Below, piece by piece: positions 42,201-57,376 of a stretch of DNA of 64,000 nt. Below the pieces are notes generated by a model. The model ran no database searches. It worked only from the letters and a program-made list of their open reading frames with translations, and had not been told where the DNA came from. Where the stretch lies: positions 496,001 through 560,000 of the forward strand of contig CAXKVF010000074.1 in the NCBI GenBank assembly GCA_964057225.1, written 5' to 3'. Within the stretch, counting starts at the first letter, position 1, and each line of letters opens with the position of its first letter. This DNA is from Auanema rhodensis. Taxonomy: Eukaryota > Animalia > Nematoda. A program made the translations under genes and the position numbers.

Positions 42201-45200
42201 GAACTTTAATTTATGCTAATTAAATGTACACGTGATGTGCACTTGGTATGTAACTCGCTTCACGTGAAAGATAAAGAGATGCGGTTTTCAAAATTAGATT
42301 CCCCATGTCCATATTAGTCTAAAAACAAATTTTTATTGATATTGGTTCATGGTAACCATGACTTTGAAATTTACGTGAACTTTAATTTATGCTAATTAAA
42401 TGTACACGTGATGTGCACTTGGTATGTAACTCGCTTCACGTGAAAGATAAAGAGATGCGGTTTTCAAAATTAGATTCCCCATGTCCATATTAGTCTAAAA
42501 ACAAATTTTTATTGATATTGGTTCATGGTAACCATGACTTTGAAATTTACGTGAACTTTAATTTATGCTAATTAAATGTACACGTGATGTGCACTTGGTA
42601 TGTAACTCGCTTCACGTGAAAGATAAAGAGATTCGGTTTTCAAAATTAGATTCCCCATGTCCATATTAGTCTAAAAACAAATTTTTATTGATATTGGTGC
42701 ATGGTAACCATGACTTTGAAATTTACGTGAACTTTAATTTATGCTAATTAAATGTACACGTGATGTGCTCTTGGTATGTAACTCGCTTCACGTGAAAGAT
42801 AAAGAGATGCGGTTTTCAAAATTAGATTACCCATGTCCATATTAGTCTAAAAACAAATTTTTATTGATATTGGTGCATGGTAACCATGACTTTGAAATTT
42901 ACGTGAACTTTAATTTATGCTAATTAAATGTACACGTGATGTGCTCTTGGTATGTAACTCGCTTCACGTGAAAGATAAAGAGATGCGGTTTTCAAAATTA
43001 GATTACCCATGTCCATAATAGTCTAAAAACAAATTTTTATTGATATTGGTGCATGGTAACCATGACTTTGAAATTTACGTGAACTTTAATTTATGCTAAT
43101 TAAATGTACACGTGATGTGCACTTGGTATGTAACTCGCTTCACGTGAAAGATAAAGAGATGCGGTTTTCAAAATTAGATTCCCCATGTCCATATTAGTCT
43201 AAAAACAAATTTTTATTGATATTGGTTCATGGTAACCATGACTTTGAAATTTACGTGAACTTTAATTTATGCTAATTAAATGTACACGTGATGTGCACTT
43301 GGTATGTAACTCGCTTCACGTGAAAGATAAAGAGATGCGGTTTTCAAAATTAGATCCCCCATGTCCATATTAGTCTAAATACTAATTTTTATTGATATTG
43401 GTGCATGGTAACCATGACTTTGAAATTTACGTGAACTTTAATTTATGCTAATTAAATGTACACGTGATGTGCACTTGGTATGTAACTCGCTTCACGTGAA
43501 AGATAAAGAGATGCGGTTTTCAAAATTAGATTCCCCATGTCCATATTAGTCTAAAAACAAATTTTTATTGATATTGGTGCATGGTAACCATGACTTTGAA
43601 TTTTACGTGAACTTTAATTTATGCTAATTAAATGTACACGTGATGTGCACTTGGTATGTAACTCGCTTCACGTGAAAGATAAAGAGATGCGGTTTTCAAA
43701 ATTAGATTCCCCATGTCCATATTAGTCTAAAAACAAATTTTTATTGATATTGGTTCATGGTAACCATGACTTTGAAATTTACGTGAACTTTAATTTATGC
43801 TAATTAAATGTACACGTGATGTGCACTTGGTATGTAACTCGCTTCACGTGTAAGATAAAGAGATGCGGTTTTCAAAATTAGATTCCCCATGTCCATATTA
43901 GTCTAAAAACAAATTTTTATTGATATTGGTGCATGGTAACCATGACTTTGAAATTTACGTGAACTTTAATTTATGCTAATTAAATGTACACGTGATGTGC
44001 TCTTGGTATGTAACTCGCTTCACGTGAAAGATAAAGAGATGCGGTTTTCAAAATTAGATTCCCCATGTCCATATTAGTCTAAAAACAAATTTTTATTGAT
44101 ATTGGTTCATGGTAACCATGACTTTGAAATTTACGTGAACTTTAATTTATGCTAATTAAATGTACACGTGATGTGCACTTGGTATGTAACTCGCTTCACG
44201 TGAAAGTTAAAGAGATGCGGTTTTCAAAATTAGATTACCCATGTCCATATTAGTCTAAAAACAAATTTTTATTGATATTGGTTCATGGTAACCATGACTT
44301 TGAAATTTACGTGAACTTTAATTTATGCTAATTAAATGTACACGTGATGTGCACTTGGTATGTAACTCGCTTCACGTGAAAGATAAAGAGATGCGGTTTT
44401 CAAAATTAGATCCCCCATGTCCATATTAGTCTAAATACTAATTTTTATTGATATTGGTGCATGGTAACCATGACTTTGAAATTTACGTGAACTTTAATTT
44501 ATGCTAATTAAATGTACACGTGATGTGCACTTGGTATGTAACTCGCTTCACGTGAAAGATAAAGAGATGCGGTTTTCAAAATTAGATTCCCCATGTCCAT
44601 ATTAGTCTAAAAACAAATTTTTATTGATATTGGTGCATGGTAACCATGACTTTGAAATTTACGTGAACTTTAATTTATGCTAATTAAATGTACACGTGAT
44701 GTGCACTTGGTATGTAACTCGCTTCACGTGAAAGATAAAGAGATGCGGTTTTCAAAATTAGATTCCCCATGTCCATATTAGTCTAAAAACAAATTTTTAT
44801 TGATATTGGTGCATGGTAACCATGACTTTGAAATTTACGTGAACTTTAATTTATGCTAATTAAATGTACACGTGATGTGCACTTGGTATGTAACTTGCTT
44901 CACGTGAAAGATAAAGAGATGCGGTTTTCAAAATTAGATTGCCCATGTCCATATTAGTCTAAAAACAAATTTTAATTGATATTGGTTCATGGTAACCATG
45001 ACTTTGAAATTTACGTGAACTTTAATTTATGCTAATTAAATGTACACGTGATGTGCACTTGGTATGTAACTCGCTTCACGTGAAAGATAAAGAGATGCGG
45101 TTTTCATAGTTAGATTCCCCATGTCCATATTAGTCTAAAAACAAATTTTTATTGATATTGGTGCATGGTAACCATGACTTTGAAATTTACGTGAACTTTA

Positions 45201-46394
45201 ATTTATGCTAATTAAATGTACACGTGATGTGCACTTGGTATGTAACTCGCTTCACGTGAAAGATGAAGAGATGCGGTTTTCAAAATTAGATTCCCCATGT
45301 CCATATTAGTCTAAAAACAAATTTTTATTGATATTGGTGCATGGTAACCATGACTTTGAAATTTACGTGAACTTTAATTTATGCTAATTAAATGTACACG
45401 TGATGTGCACTTGGTATGTAACTCGCTTCACGTGAAAGATAAAGAGATGCGGTTTTCAAAATTAGATTCCCCATGTCCATATTAGTCTAAAAACAAATTT
45501 TTATTGATATTGGTGCATGGTAACCATGACTTTGAAATTTACGTGAACTTTAATTTATGCTAATTAAATGTACACGTGATGTGCACTTGGTATGTAACTC
45601 GCTTCACGTGAAAGATAAAGAGATGCGGTTTTCAAAATTAGATTGCCCATGTCCATATTAGTCTAAAAACAAATTTTAATTGATATTGGTTCATGGTAAC
45701 CATGACTTTGAAATTTACGTGAACTTTAATTTATGCTAATTAAATGTACACGTGATGTGCACTTGGTATGTAACTCGCTTCACGTGAAAGATAAAGAGAT
45801 GCGGTTTTCAAAATTAGATTGCCCATGTCCATATTAGTCTAAAAACAAATTTTAATTGATATTGGTTCATGGTAACCATGACTTTGAAATTTACGTGAAC
45901 TTTAATTTATGCTAATTAAATGTACACGTGATGTGCACTTGGTATGTAACTCGCTTCACGTGAAAGATAAAGAGATGCGGTTTTCAAAATTAGATTGCCC
46001 ATGCCCATATTAGTCTAAAAACAAATTTTTATTGATATTGGTGCATGGTAACCATGACTTTGAAATTTACGTGAACTTTAATTTATGCTAATTAAATGTA
46101 CACGTGATGTGCACTTGGTATGTAACTCGCTTCACGTAAAAGATAAAGAGATGCGGTTTTCAAAATTAGATTGCCCATGTCCATATTAGTCTAAAAACAA
46201 ATTTTTATTGATATTGGTGCATGGTAACCATGACTTTGAAATTTACGTGAACTTTAATTTATGCTAATTAAATGTACACGTGATGTGCACTCGGTATGTA
46301 ACTCGCTTCACGTGAAAGATAAAGAGATGCGGTTTTCAAAATTAGATTCCTCATGTCCATATTAGTCTAAAAACAAATTTTTATTGATATTGGT
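27281..46394 (+). repeat. Large intra-array duplication, copy B
   Basis: Same ordered string of variant monomers as 1-18938. It differs by A81G at 29473 and by C64G plus one extra monomer at 33441-33792. Correspondence breaks at 18939/46395 (T vs G at monomer position 107). Confidence 0.95.
33441..33792 (+). repeat. Single-monomer tandem duplication marked by private C64G
   Basis: CCCGATG at 33501-33507 and 33677-33683. The homologous position in copy A (6161-6336) is a single monomer lacking C64G. Confidence 0.9.
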
Positions 46395-46464
46395 GCATGG
46401 TAACCATGACTTTGAAATTTACGTGAACTTTAATTTATGCTAATTAAATGTACACGTGATGTGC

Positions 46465-49400
46465 ACTTGGTATGTAACTCGCTTCACGTGAAAGATAAAG
46501 AGATGCGGTTTTCAAAATTAGATTGCCCATGTCCATATTAGTCTAAAAACAAATTTTTATTGATATTGGTTCATGGTAACCATGACTTTGAAATTTACGT
46601 GAACTTTAATTTATGCTAATTAAATGTACACGTGATGTGCACTTGGTATGTAACTCGCTTCACGTGAAAGATAAAGAGATACGGTTTTCAAAATTAGATT
46701 CCCCATGTCCATATTAGTCTAAAAACAAATTTTTATTGATATTGGTGCATGGTAACCGTGACTTTGAAATTTACGTGAACTTTAATTTATGCTAATTAAA
46801 TGTACACGTGATGTGCACTTGGTATGTAACTCGCTTCACGTGAAAGATAAAGAGATGCGGTTTTCAAAATTAGATTGCCCATGTCCATATTAGTCTAAAA
46901 ACAAATTTTAATTGATATTGGTTCATGGTAACCATGACTTTGAAATTTACGTGAACATTAATTTATGCTAATTAAATGTACACGTGATGTGCACTTGGTA
47001 TGTAACTCGCTTCACGTGAAAGATAAAGAGATGCGGTTTTCAAAATTAGATTCCCCATGTCCATATTAGTCTAAAAACAAATTTTTATTGATATTGGTTC
47101 ATGGTAACCATGACTTTGAAATTTACGTGAACTTTAATTTATGCTAATTAAATGTACACGTGATGTGCACTTGGTATGTAACTCGCTTCACGTGAAAGAT
47201 AAAGAGATGCGGTTTTCAAAATTAGATTCCCCATGTCCATATTAGTCTAAAAACAAATTTTAATTGATATTGGTTCATGGTAACCATGACTTTGAAATTT
47301 ACGTGAACATTAATTTATGCTAATTAAATGTACACGTGATGTGCACTTGGTATGTAACTCGCTTCACGTGAAAGATAAAGAGATGCGGTTTTCAAAATTA
47401 GATTCCCCATGTCCATATTAGTCTAAAAACAAATTTTTATTGATATTGGTTCATGGTAACCATGACTTTGAAATTTACGTGAACTTTAATTTATGCTAAT
47501 TAAATGTACACGTGATGTGCACTTGGTATGTAACTCGCTTCACGTGAAAGATAAAGAGATGCGGTTTTCAAAATTAGATTCCCCATGTCCATATTAGTCT
47601 AAAAACAAATTTTTATTGATATTGGTGCATGGTAACCATGACTTTGAAATTTACGTGAACTTTAATTTATGCTAATTAAATGTACACGTGATGTGCACTT
47701 GGTATGTAACTCGCTTCACGTGAAAGATGAAGAGATGTGGTTTTCAAAATTAGATTCCCCATGTCCATATTAGTCTAAAAACAAATTTTTATTGATATTG
47801 GTGCATGGTAACCATGACTTTGAAATTTACGTGAACTTTAATTTATGCTAATTAAATGTACACGTGATGTGCACTTGGTATGTAACTCGCTTCACGTGAA
47901 AGATAAAGAGATGCGGTTTTCAAAATTAGATCCCCCATGTCCATATTAGTCTAAAAACAAATTTTTATTGATATTGGTTCATGGTAACCATGACTTTGAA
48001 ATTTACGTGAACTTTAATTTATGCTAATTAAATGTACACGTGATGTGCACTTGGTATGTAACTCGCTTCACGTGAAAGATAAAGAGATGCGGTTTTCAAA
48101 ATTAGATTCCCCATGTCCATATTAGTCTAAAAACGAATTTTTATTGATATTGGTGCATGGTAACCACGACTTTGAAATTTACGTGAACTTTAATTTATGC
48201 TAATTAAATGTACACGTGATGTGCACTTGGTATGTAACTCGCTTCACGTGAAAGATAAAGAGATGCGGTTTTCAAAATTAGATTCCCCATGTCCATATTA
48301 GTCTAAAAACAAATTTTTATTGATATTGGTTCATGGTAACCATGACTTTGAAATTTACGTGAACTTTAATTTATGCTAATTAAATGTACACGTGATGTGC
48401 ACTTGGTATGTAACTCGCTTCACGTGAAAGATAAAGAGATGCGGTTTTCAAAGTTAGATTCCCCATGTCCATATTAGTCTAAAAACAAATTTTTATTGAT
48501 ATTGGTTCATGGTAACCATGACTTTGAAATTTACGTGAACTTTAATTTATGCTAATTAAATGTACACGTGATGTGCACTTGGTATGTAACTCGCTTCACG
48601 TGAAAGATAAAGAGATGCGGTTTTCAAAATTAGATTCCCCATGTCCATATTAGTCTAAAAACAAATTTTTATTGATATTGGTGCATGGTAACCATGACTT
48701 TGAAATTTACGTGAACTTTAATTTATGCTAATTAAATGTACACGTGATGTGCACTTGGTATGTAACTCGCTTCACGTGAAAGATAAAGAGATGCGGTTTT
48801 CAAAATTAGATTCCCCATGTCCATATTAGTCTAAAAACAAATTTTTATTGATATTGGTGCATGGTAACCATGACTTTGAAATTTACGTGAACTTTAATTT
48901 ATGCTAATTAAATGTACACGTGATGTGCACTTGGTATGTAACTCGCTTCACGTGAAAGATAAAGAGATGCGGTTTTCAAAATTAGATTCCCCATGTCCAT
49001 ATTAGTCTAAAAACAAATTTTTATTGATATTGGTGCATGGTAACCATGACTTTGAAATTTACGTGAACTTTAATTTATGCTAATTAAATGTACACGTGAT
49101 GTGCACTTGGTATGTAACTCGCTTCACGTGAAAGATAAAGAGATGCGGTTTTCAAAGTTAGATTCCCCATGTCCATATTAGTCTAAAAACAAATTTTTAT
49201 TGATATTGGTTCATGGTAACCATGACTTTGAAATTTACGTGAACTTTAATTTATGCTAATTAAATGTACACGTGATGTGCACTTGGTATGTAACTCGCTT
49301 CACGTGAAAGATAAAGAGATGCGGTTTTCAAAATTAGATTCCCCATGTCCATATTAGTCTAAAAACAAATTTTTATTGATATTGGTGCATGGTAACCATG

Positions 49401-52400
49401 ACTTTGAAATTTACGTGAACTTTAATTTATGCTAATTAAATGTACACGTGATGTGCACTTGGTATGTAACTCGCTTCACGTGAAAGATAAAGAGATGCGG
49501 TTTTCAAAATTAGATTCCCCATGTCCATATTAGTCTAAAAACAAATTTTTATTGATATTGGTGCATGGTAACCATGACTTTGAAATTTACGTGAACTTTA
49601 ATTTATGCTAATTAAATGTACACGTGATGTGCACTTGGTATGTAACTCGCTTCACGTGAAAGATAAAGAGATGCGGTTTTCAAAATTAGATTCCCCATGT
49701 CCATATTAGTCTAAAAACAAATTTTTATTGATATTGGTGCATGGTAACCATGACTTTGAAATTTACGTGAACTTTAATTTATGCTAATTAAATGTACACG
49801 TGATGTGCACTTGGTATGTAACTCGCTTCACGTGAAAGATAAAGAGATGCGGTTTTCAAAATTAGATTGCCCATGTCCATATTAGTCTAAAAACAAATTT
49901 TTATTGATATTGGTTCATGGTAACCATGACTTTGAAATTTACGTGAACTTTAATTTATGCTAATTAAATGTACACGTGATGTGCACTTGGTATGTAACTC
50001 GCTTCACGTGAAAGATAAAGAGATACGGTTTTCAAAATTAGATTCCCCATGTCCATATTAGTCTAAAAACAAATTTTTATTGATATTGGTGCATGGTAAC
50101 CGTGACTTTGAAATTTACGTGAACTTTAATTTATGCTAATTAAATGTACACGTGATGTGCACTTGGTATGTAACTCGCTTCACGTGAAAGATAAAGAGAT
50201 GCGGTTTTCAAAATTAGATTGCCCATGTCCATATTAGTCTAAAAACAAATTTTAATTGATATTGGTTCATGGTAACCATGACTTTGAAATTTACGTGAAC
50301 ATTAATTTATGCTAATTAAATGTACACGTGATGTGCACTTGGTATGTAACTCGCTTCACGTGAAAGATAAAGAGATGCGGTTTTCAAAATTAGATTCCCC
50401 ATGTCCATATTAGTCTAAAAACAAATTTTTATTGATATTGGTTCATGGTAACCATGACTTTGAAATTTACGTGAACTTTAATTTATGCTAATTAAATGTA
50501 CACGTGATGTGCACTTGGTATGTAACTCGCTTCACGTGAAAGATAAAGAGATGCGGTTTTCAAAATTAGATTCCCCATGTCCATATTAGTCTAAAAACAA
50601 ATTTTAATTGATATTGGTTCATGGTAACCATGACTTTGAAATTTACGTGAACATTAATTTATGCTAATTAAATGTACACGTGATGTGCACTTGGTATGTA
50701 ACTCGCTTCACGTGAAAGATAAAGAGATGCGGTTTTCAAAATTAGATTCCCCATGTCCATATTAGTCTAAAAACAAATTTTTATTGATATTGGTTCATGG
50801 TAACCATGACTTTGAAATTTACGTGAACTTTAATTTATGCTAATTAAATGTACACGTGATGTGCACTTGGTATGTAACTCGCTTCACGTGAAAGATAAAG
50901 AGATGCGGTTTTCAAAATTAGATTCCCCATGTCCATATTAGTCTAAAAACAAATTTTTATTGATATTGGTGCATGGTAACCATGACTTTGAAATTTACGT
51001 GAACTTTAATTTATGCTAATTAAATGTACACGTGATGTGCACTTGGTATGTAACTCGCTTCACGTGAAAGATGAAGAGATGTGGTTTTCAAAATTAGATT
51101 CCCCATGTCCATATTAGTCTAAAAACAAATTTTTATTGATATTGGTGCATGGTAACCATGACTTTGAAATTTACGTGAACTTTAATTTATGCTAATTAAA
51201 TGTACACGTGATGTGCACTTGGTATGTAACTCGCTTCACGTGAAAGATAAAGAGATGCGGTTTTCAAAATTAGATCCCCCATGTCCATATTAGTCTAAAA
51301 ACAAATTTTTATTGATATTGGTTCATGGTAACCATGACTTTGAAATTTACGTGAACTTTAATTTATGCTAATTAAATGTACACGTGATGTGCACTTGGTA
51401 TGTAACTCGCTTCACGTGAAAGATAAAGAGATGCGGTTTTCAAAATTAGATTCCCCATGTCCATATTAGTCTAAAAACGAATTTTTATTGATATTGGTGC
51501 ATGGTAACCACGACTTTGAAATTTACGTGAACTTTAATTTATGCTAATTAAATGTACACGTGATGTGCACTTGGTATGTAACTCGCTTCACGTGAAAGAT
51601 AAAGAGATGCGGTTTTCAAAATTAGATTCCCCATGTCCATATTAGTCTAAAAACAAATTTTTATTGATATTGGTTCATGGTAACCATGACTTTGAAATTT
51701 ACGTGAACTTTAATTTATGCTAATTAAATGTACACGTGATGTGCACTTGGTATGTAACTCGCTTCACGTGAAAGATAAAGAGATGCGGTTTTCAAAGTTA
51801 GATTCCCCATGTCCATATTAGTCTAAAAACAAATTTTTATTGATATTGGTTCATGGTAACCATGACTTTGAAATTTACGTGAACTTTAATTTATGCTAAT
51901 TAAATGTACACGTGATGTGCACTTGGTATGTAACTCGCTTCACGTGAAAGATAAAGAGATGCGGTTTTCAAAATTAGATTCCCCATGTCCATATTAGTCT
52001 AAAAACAAATTTTTATTGATATTGGTGCATGGTAACCATGACTTTGAAATTTACGTGAACTTTAATTTATGCTAATTAAATGTACACGTGATGTGCACTT
52101 GGTATGTAACTCGCTTCACGTGAAAGATAAAGAGATGCGGTTTTCAAAATTAGATTCCCCATGTCCATATTAGTCTAAAAACAAATTTTTATTGATATTG
52201 GTGCATGGTAACCATGACTTTGAAATTTACGTGAACTTTAATTTATGCTAATTAAATGTACACGTGATGTGCACTTGGTATGTAACTCGCTTCACGTGAA
52301 AGATAAAGAGATGCGGTTTTCAAAATTAGATTCCCCATGTCCATATTAGTCTAAAAACAAATTTTTATTGATATTGGTGCATGGTAACCATGACTTTGAA

Positions 52401-53152
52401 ATTTACGTGAACTTTAATTTATGCTAATTAAATGTACACGTGATGTGCACTTGGTATGTAACTCGCTTCACGTGAAAGATAAAGAGATGCGGTTTTCAAA
52501 GTTAGATTCCCCATGTCCATATTAGTCTAAAAACAAATTTTTATTGATATTGGTTCATGGTAACCATGACTTTGAAATTTACGTGAACTTTAATTTATGC
52601 TAATTAAATGTACACGTGATGTGCACTTGGTATGTAACTCGCTTCACGTGAAAGATAAAGAGATGCGGTTTTCAAAATTAGATTCCCCATGTCCATATTA
52701 GTCTAAAAACAAATTTTTATTGATATTGGTGCATGGTAACCATGACTTTGAAATTTACGTGAACTTTAATTTATGCTAATTAAATGTACACGTGATGTGC
52801 ACTTGGTATGTAACTCGCTTCACGTGAAAGATAAAGAGATGCGGTTTTCAAAATTAGATTCCCCATGTCCATATTAGTCTAAAAACAAATTTTTATTGAT
52901 ATTGGTGCATGGTAACCATGACTTTGAAATTTACGTGAACTTTAATTTATGCTAATTAAATGTACACGTGATGTGCACTTGGTATGTAACTCGCTTCACG
53001 TGAAAGATAAAGAGATGCGGTTTTCAAAATTAGATTCCCCATGTCCATATTAGTCTAAAAACAAATTTTTATTGATATTGGTGCATGGTAACCATGACTT
53101 TGAAATTTACGTGAACTTTAATTTATGCTAATTAAATGTACACGTGATGTGC
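46465..53152 (+). repeat. Local higher-order repeat: 19-mer (3344 bp) x2, with nested 2-mer and 4-mer duplications
   Basis: G41A at 46681/50025; C42T at 47738/51082; A53G at 48453/51797 and 49157/52501; T141A at 46957/50301 and 47309/50653. Confidence 0.92.
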
Positions 53153-54912
53153 ACTTGGTATGTAACTCGCTTCACGTGAAAGATAAAGAGATGCGGTTTT
53201 CAAAATTAGATTCCCCATGTCCATATTAGTCTAAAAACAAATTTTTATTGATATTGGTTCATGGTAACCATGACTTTGAAATTTACGTGAACTTTAATTT
53301 ATGCTAATTAAATGTACACGTGATGTGCACTTGGTATGTAACTCGCTTCACGTGAAAGATAAAGAGATGCGGTTTTCAAAATTAGATTCCCCATGTCCAT
53401 ATTAGTCTAAAAACAAATTTTTATTGATATTGGTGCATGGTAACCATGACTTTGAAATTTACGTGAACTTTAATTTATGCTAATTAAATGTACACGTGAT
53501 GTGCACTTGGTATGTAACTCGCTTCACGTGAAAGATAAAGAGATGCGGTTTTCAAAATTAGATTCCCCATGTCCATATTAGTCTAAAAACAAATTTTTAT
53601 TGATATTGGTGCATGGTAACCATGACTTTGAAATTTACGTGAACTTTAATTTATGCTAATTAAATGTACACGTGATGTGCACTTGGTATGTAACTCGCTT
53701 CACGTGAATGATAAAGAGATGCGGTTTTCAAAATTAGATCCCCCATGTCCATATTAGTCTAAAAACAAATTTTTATTGATATTGGTGCATGGTAACCATG
53801 ACTTTGAAATTTACGTGAACTTTAATTTATGCTAATTAAATGTACACGTGATGTGCACTTGGTATGTAACTCGCTTCACGTGAAAGATAAAGAGATGCGG
53901 TTTTCAAAATTAGATTCCCCATGTCGATATTAGTCTAAAAACAAATTTTTATTGATATTGGTTCATGGTAACCATGACTTTGAAATTTACGTGAACTTTA
54001 ATTTATGCTAATTAAATGTACACGTGATGTGCACTTGGTATGTAACTCGCTTCACGTAAAAGATAAAGAGATGCGGTTTCCAAAATTAGATTCCCCATGT
54101 CCATATTAGTCTAAAAACAAATTTTTATTGATATTGGTGCATGGTAACCATGACTTTGAATTTTACGTGAACTTTAATTTATGCTAATTAAATGTACACG
54201 TGATGTGCACTTGGTATGTAACTCGCTTCAAGTGAAAGATAAAGAGATGCGGTTTTCAAGATTAGATTCCCCATGTCCATATTAGTCTAAAAACAAATTT
54301 TTATTGATATTGCTTCATGGTAACCATGACTTTGAAATTTACGTGAACTTTAATTTATGCTAATTAAATGTACACGTGATGTGCACTTGGTATGTAACTC
54401 ACTTCACGTAAAAGATAAAGAGATGCGGTTTTCAAAATTAGATTCCCCATGTCCATATTGGTCTAAAAACAAATTTTTATTGATATTGGTGCATGGTAAC
54501 CATGACTTTGAATTTTACGTGAACTTTAATTTATGCTAATTAAATGTACACGTGATGTGCACTTGGTATGTAACTCGCTTCACGTGAAAGATAAAGAGAT
54601 GCGGTTTTCAAAATTAGATTCCCCATGTCCATATTAGTCTAAAAACAAATTTTTATTGATATTGGTTCATGGTAACCATGACTTTGAAATTTACGTGAAC
54701 TTTAATTTATGCTAATTAAATGTACACGTGATGTGCACTTGGTATGTAACTCGCTTCACGTGAAAGATAAAGAGATGCGGTTTTCAAAATTAGATTCCCC
54801 ATGTCCATATTAGTCTAAAAACAAATTTTTATTGATATTGGTTCATGGTAACCATGACTTTGAAATTTACGTGAACTTTAATTTATGCTAATTAAATGTA
54901 CACGTGATGTGC

Positions 54913-57376
54913 ACTTGGTATGTAACTCGCTTCACGTGTAAGATAAAGAGATGCGGTTTTCAAAATTAGATTCCCCATGTCCATATTAGTCTAAAAACAA
55001 ATTTTTATAAATATTGGTGCATGGTAACCATGACTTTGAAATTTACGTGAACTTTAATTTATGCTAATTAAATGTACACGTGATGTGCTCTTGGTATGTA
55101 ACTCGCTTCACGTGAAAGATAAAGAGATGCGGTTTTCAAAATTAGATTCCCCATGTCCATATTAGTCTAAAAACAAATTTTTATTGATATTGGTTCATGG
55201 TAACCATGACTTTGAAATTTACGTGAACTTTAATTTATGCTAATTAAATGTACACGTGATGTGCACTTGGTATGTAACTCGCTTCACGTGAAAGATAAAG
55301 AGATGCGGTTTTCAAAATTAGATTCCCCATGTCCATATTAGTCTAAAAACAAATTTTTATTGATATTGGTTCATGGTAACCATGACTTTGAAATTTACGT
55401 GAACTTTAATTTATGCTAATTAAATGTACACGTGATGTGCACTTGGTATGTAACTCGCTTCACGTGAAAGTTAAAGAGATGCGGTTTTCAAAATTAGATT
55501 CCCCATGTCCATATTAGTCTAAAAACAAATTTTTATTGATATTGCTTCATGGTAACCATGACTTTGAAATTTACGTGAACTTTAATTTATGCTAATTAAA
55601 TGTACACGTGATGTGCACTTGGTATGTAACTCACTTCACGTAAAAGATAAAGAGATGCGGTTTTCAAAATTAGATTCCCCATGTCCATATTGGTCTAAAA
55701 ACAAATTTTTATTGATATTGGTGCATGGTAACCATGACTTTGAATTTTACGTGAACTTTAATTTATGCTAATTAAATGTACACGTGATGTGCACTTGGTA
55801 TGTAACTCGCTTCACGTGAAAGATAAAGAGATGCGGTTTTCAAAATTATATTCCCCATGTCCATATTAGTCTAAAAACAAATTTTTATTGATATTGGTGC
55901 ATGGTAACCATGACTTTGAAATTTACGTGAACTTTAATTTATGCTAATTAAATGTACACGTGATGTGCACTTGGTATGTAACTCGCTTCACGTGAAAGAT
56001 AAAGAGATGCGGTTTTCAAAATTAGATTCCCCATGTCCATATTAGTCTAAAAACAAATTTTTATTGATATTGGTGCATGGTAACCATGACTTTGAATTTT
56101 ACGTGAACTTTAATTTATGCTAATTAAATGTACACGTGATGTGCACTTGGTATGTAACTCGCTTCACGTGAAAGATAAAGAGATGCGGTTTTCAAAATTA
56201 TATTCCCCATGTCCATATTAGTCTAAAAACAAATTTTTATTGATATTGGTGCATGGTAACCATGACTTTGAAATTTACGTGAACTTTAATTTATGCTAAT
56301 TAAATGTACACGTGATGTGCACTTGGTATGTAACTCGCTTCACGTGTAAGATAAAGAGATGCGGTTTTCAAAATTAGATTCCCCATGTCCATATTAGTCT
56401 AAAAACAAATTTTTATAAATATTGGTGCATGGTAACCATGACTTTGAAATTTACGTGAACTTTAATTTATGCTAATTAAATGTACACGTGATGTGCTCTT
56501 GGTATGTAACTCGCTTCACGTGAAAGATAAAGAGATGCGGTTTTCAAAATTAGATTCCCCATGTCCATATTAGTCTAAAAACAAATTTTTATTGATATTG
56601 GTTCATGGTAACCATGACTTTGAAATTTACGTGAACTTTAATTTATGCTAATTAAATGTACACGTGATGTGCACTTGGTATGTAACTCGCTTCACGTGAA
56701 AGATAAAGAGATGCGGTTTTCAAAATTAGATTCCCCATGTCCATATTAGTCTAAAAACAAATTTTTATTGATATTGGTTCATGGTAACCATGACTTTGAA
56801 ATTTACGTGAACTTTAATTTATGCTAATTAAATGTACACGTGATGTGCACTTGGTATGTAACTCGCTTCACGTGAAAGTTAAAGAGATGCGGTTTTCAAA
56901 ATTAGATTCCCCATGTCCATATTAGTCTAAAAACAAATTTTTATTGATATTGCTTCATGGTAACCATGACTTTGAAATTTACGTGAACTTTAATTTATGC
57001 TAATTAAATGTACACGTGATGTGCACTTGGTATGTAACTCACTTCACGTAAAAGATAAAGAGATGCGGTTTTCAAAATTAGATTCCCCATGTCCATATTG
57101 GTCTAAAAACAAATTTTTATTGATATTGGTGCATGGTAACCATGACTTTGAATTTTACGTGAACTTTAATTTATGCTAATTAAATGTACACGTGATGTGC
57201 ACTTGGTATGTAACTCGCTTCACGTGAAAGATAAAGAGATGCGGTTTTCAAAATTATATTCCCCATGTCCATATTAGTCTAAAAACAAATTTTTATTGAT
57301 ATTGGTGCATGGTAACCATGACTTTGAAATTTACGTGAACTTTAATTTATGCTAATTAAATGTACACGTGATGTGC
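54913..57376 (+). repeat. Local higher-order repeat with 8-monomer (1408 bp) offset, second copy truncated at 6 monomers
   Basis: A27T+ATAAAT monomer at 54913, 56321 and 57377; A31T+G105C monomer at 55441/56849; TGG-variant ORFs at 55589/56997. Confidence 0.85.
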
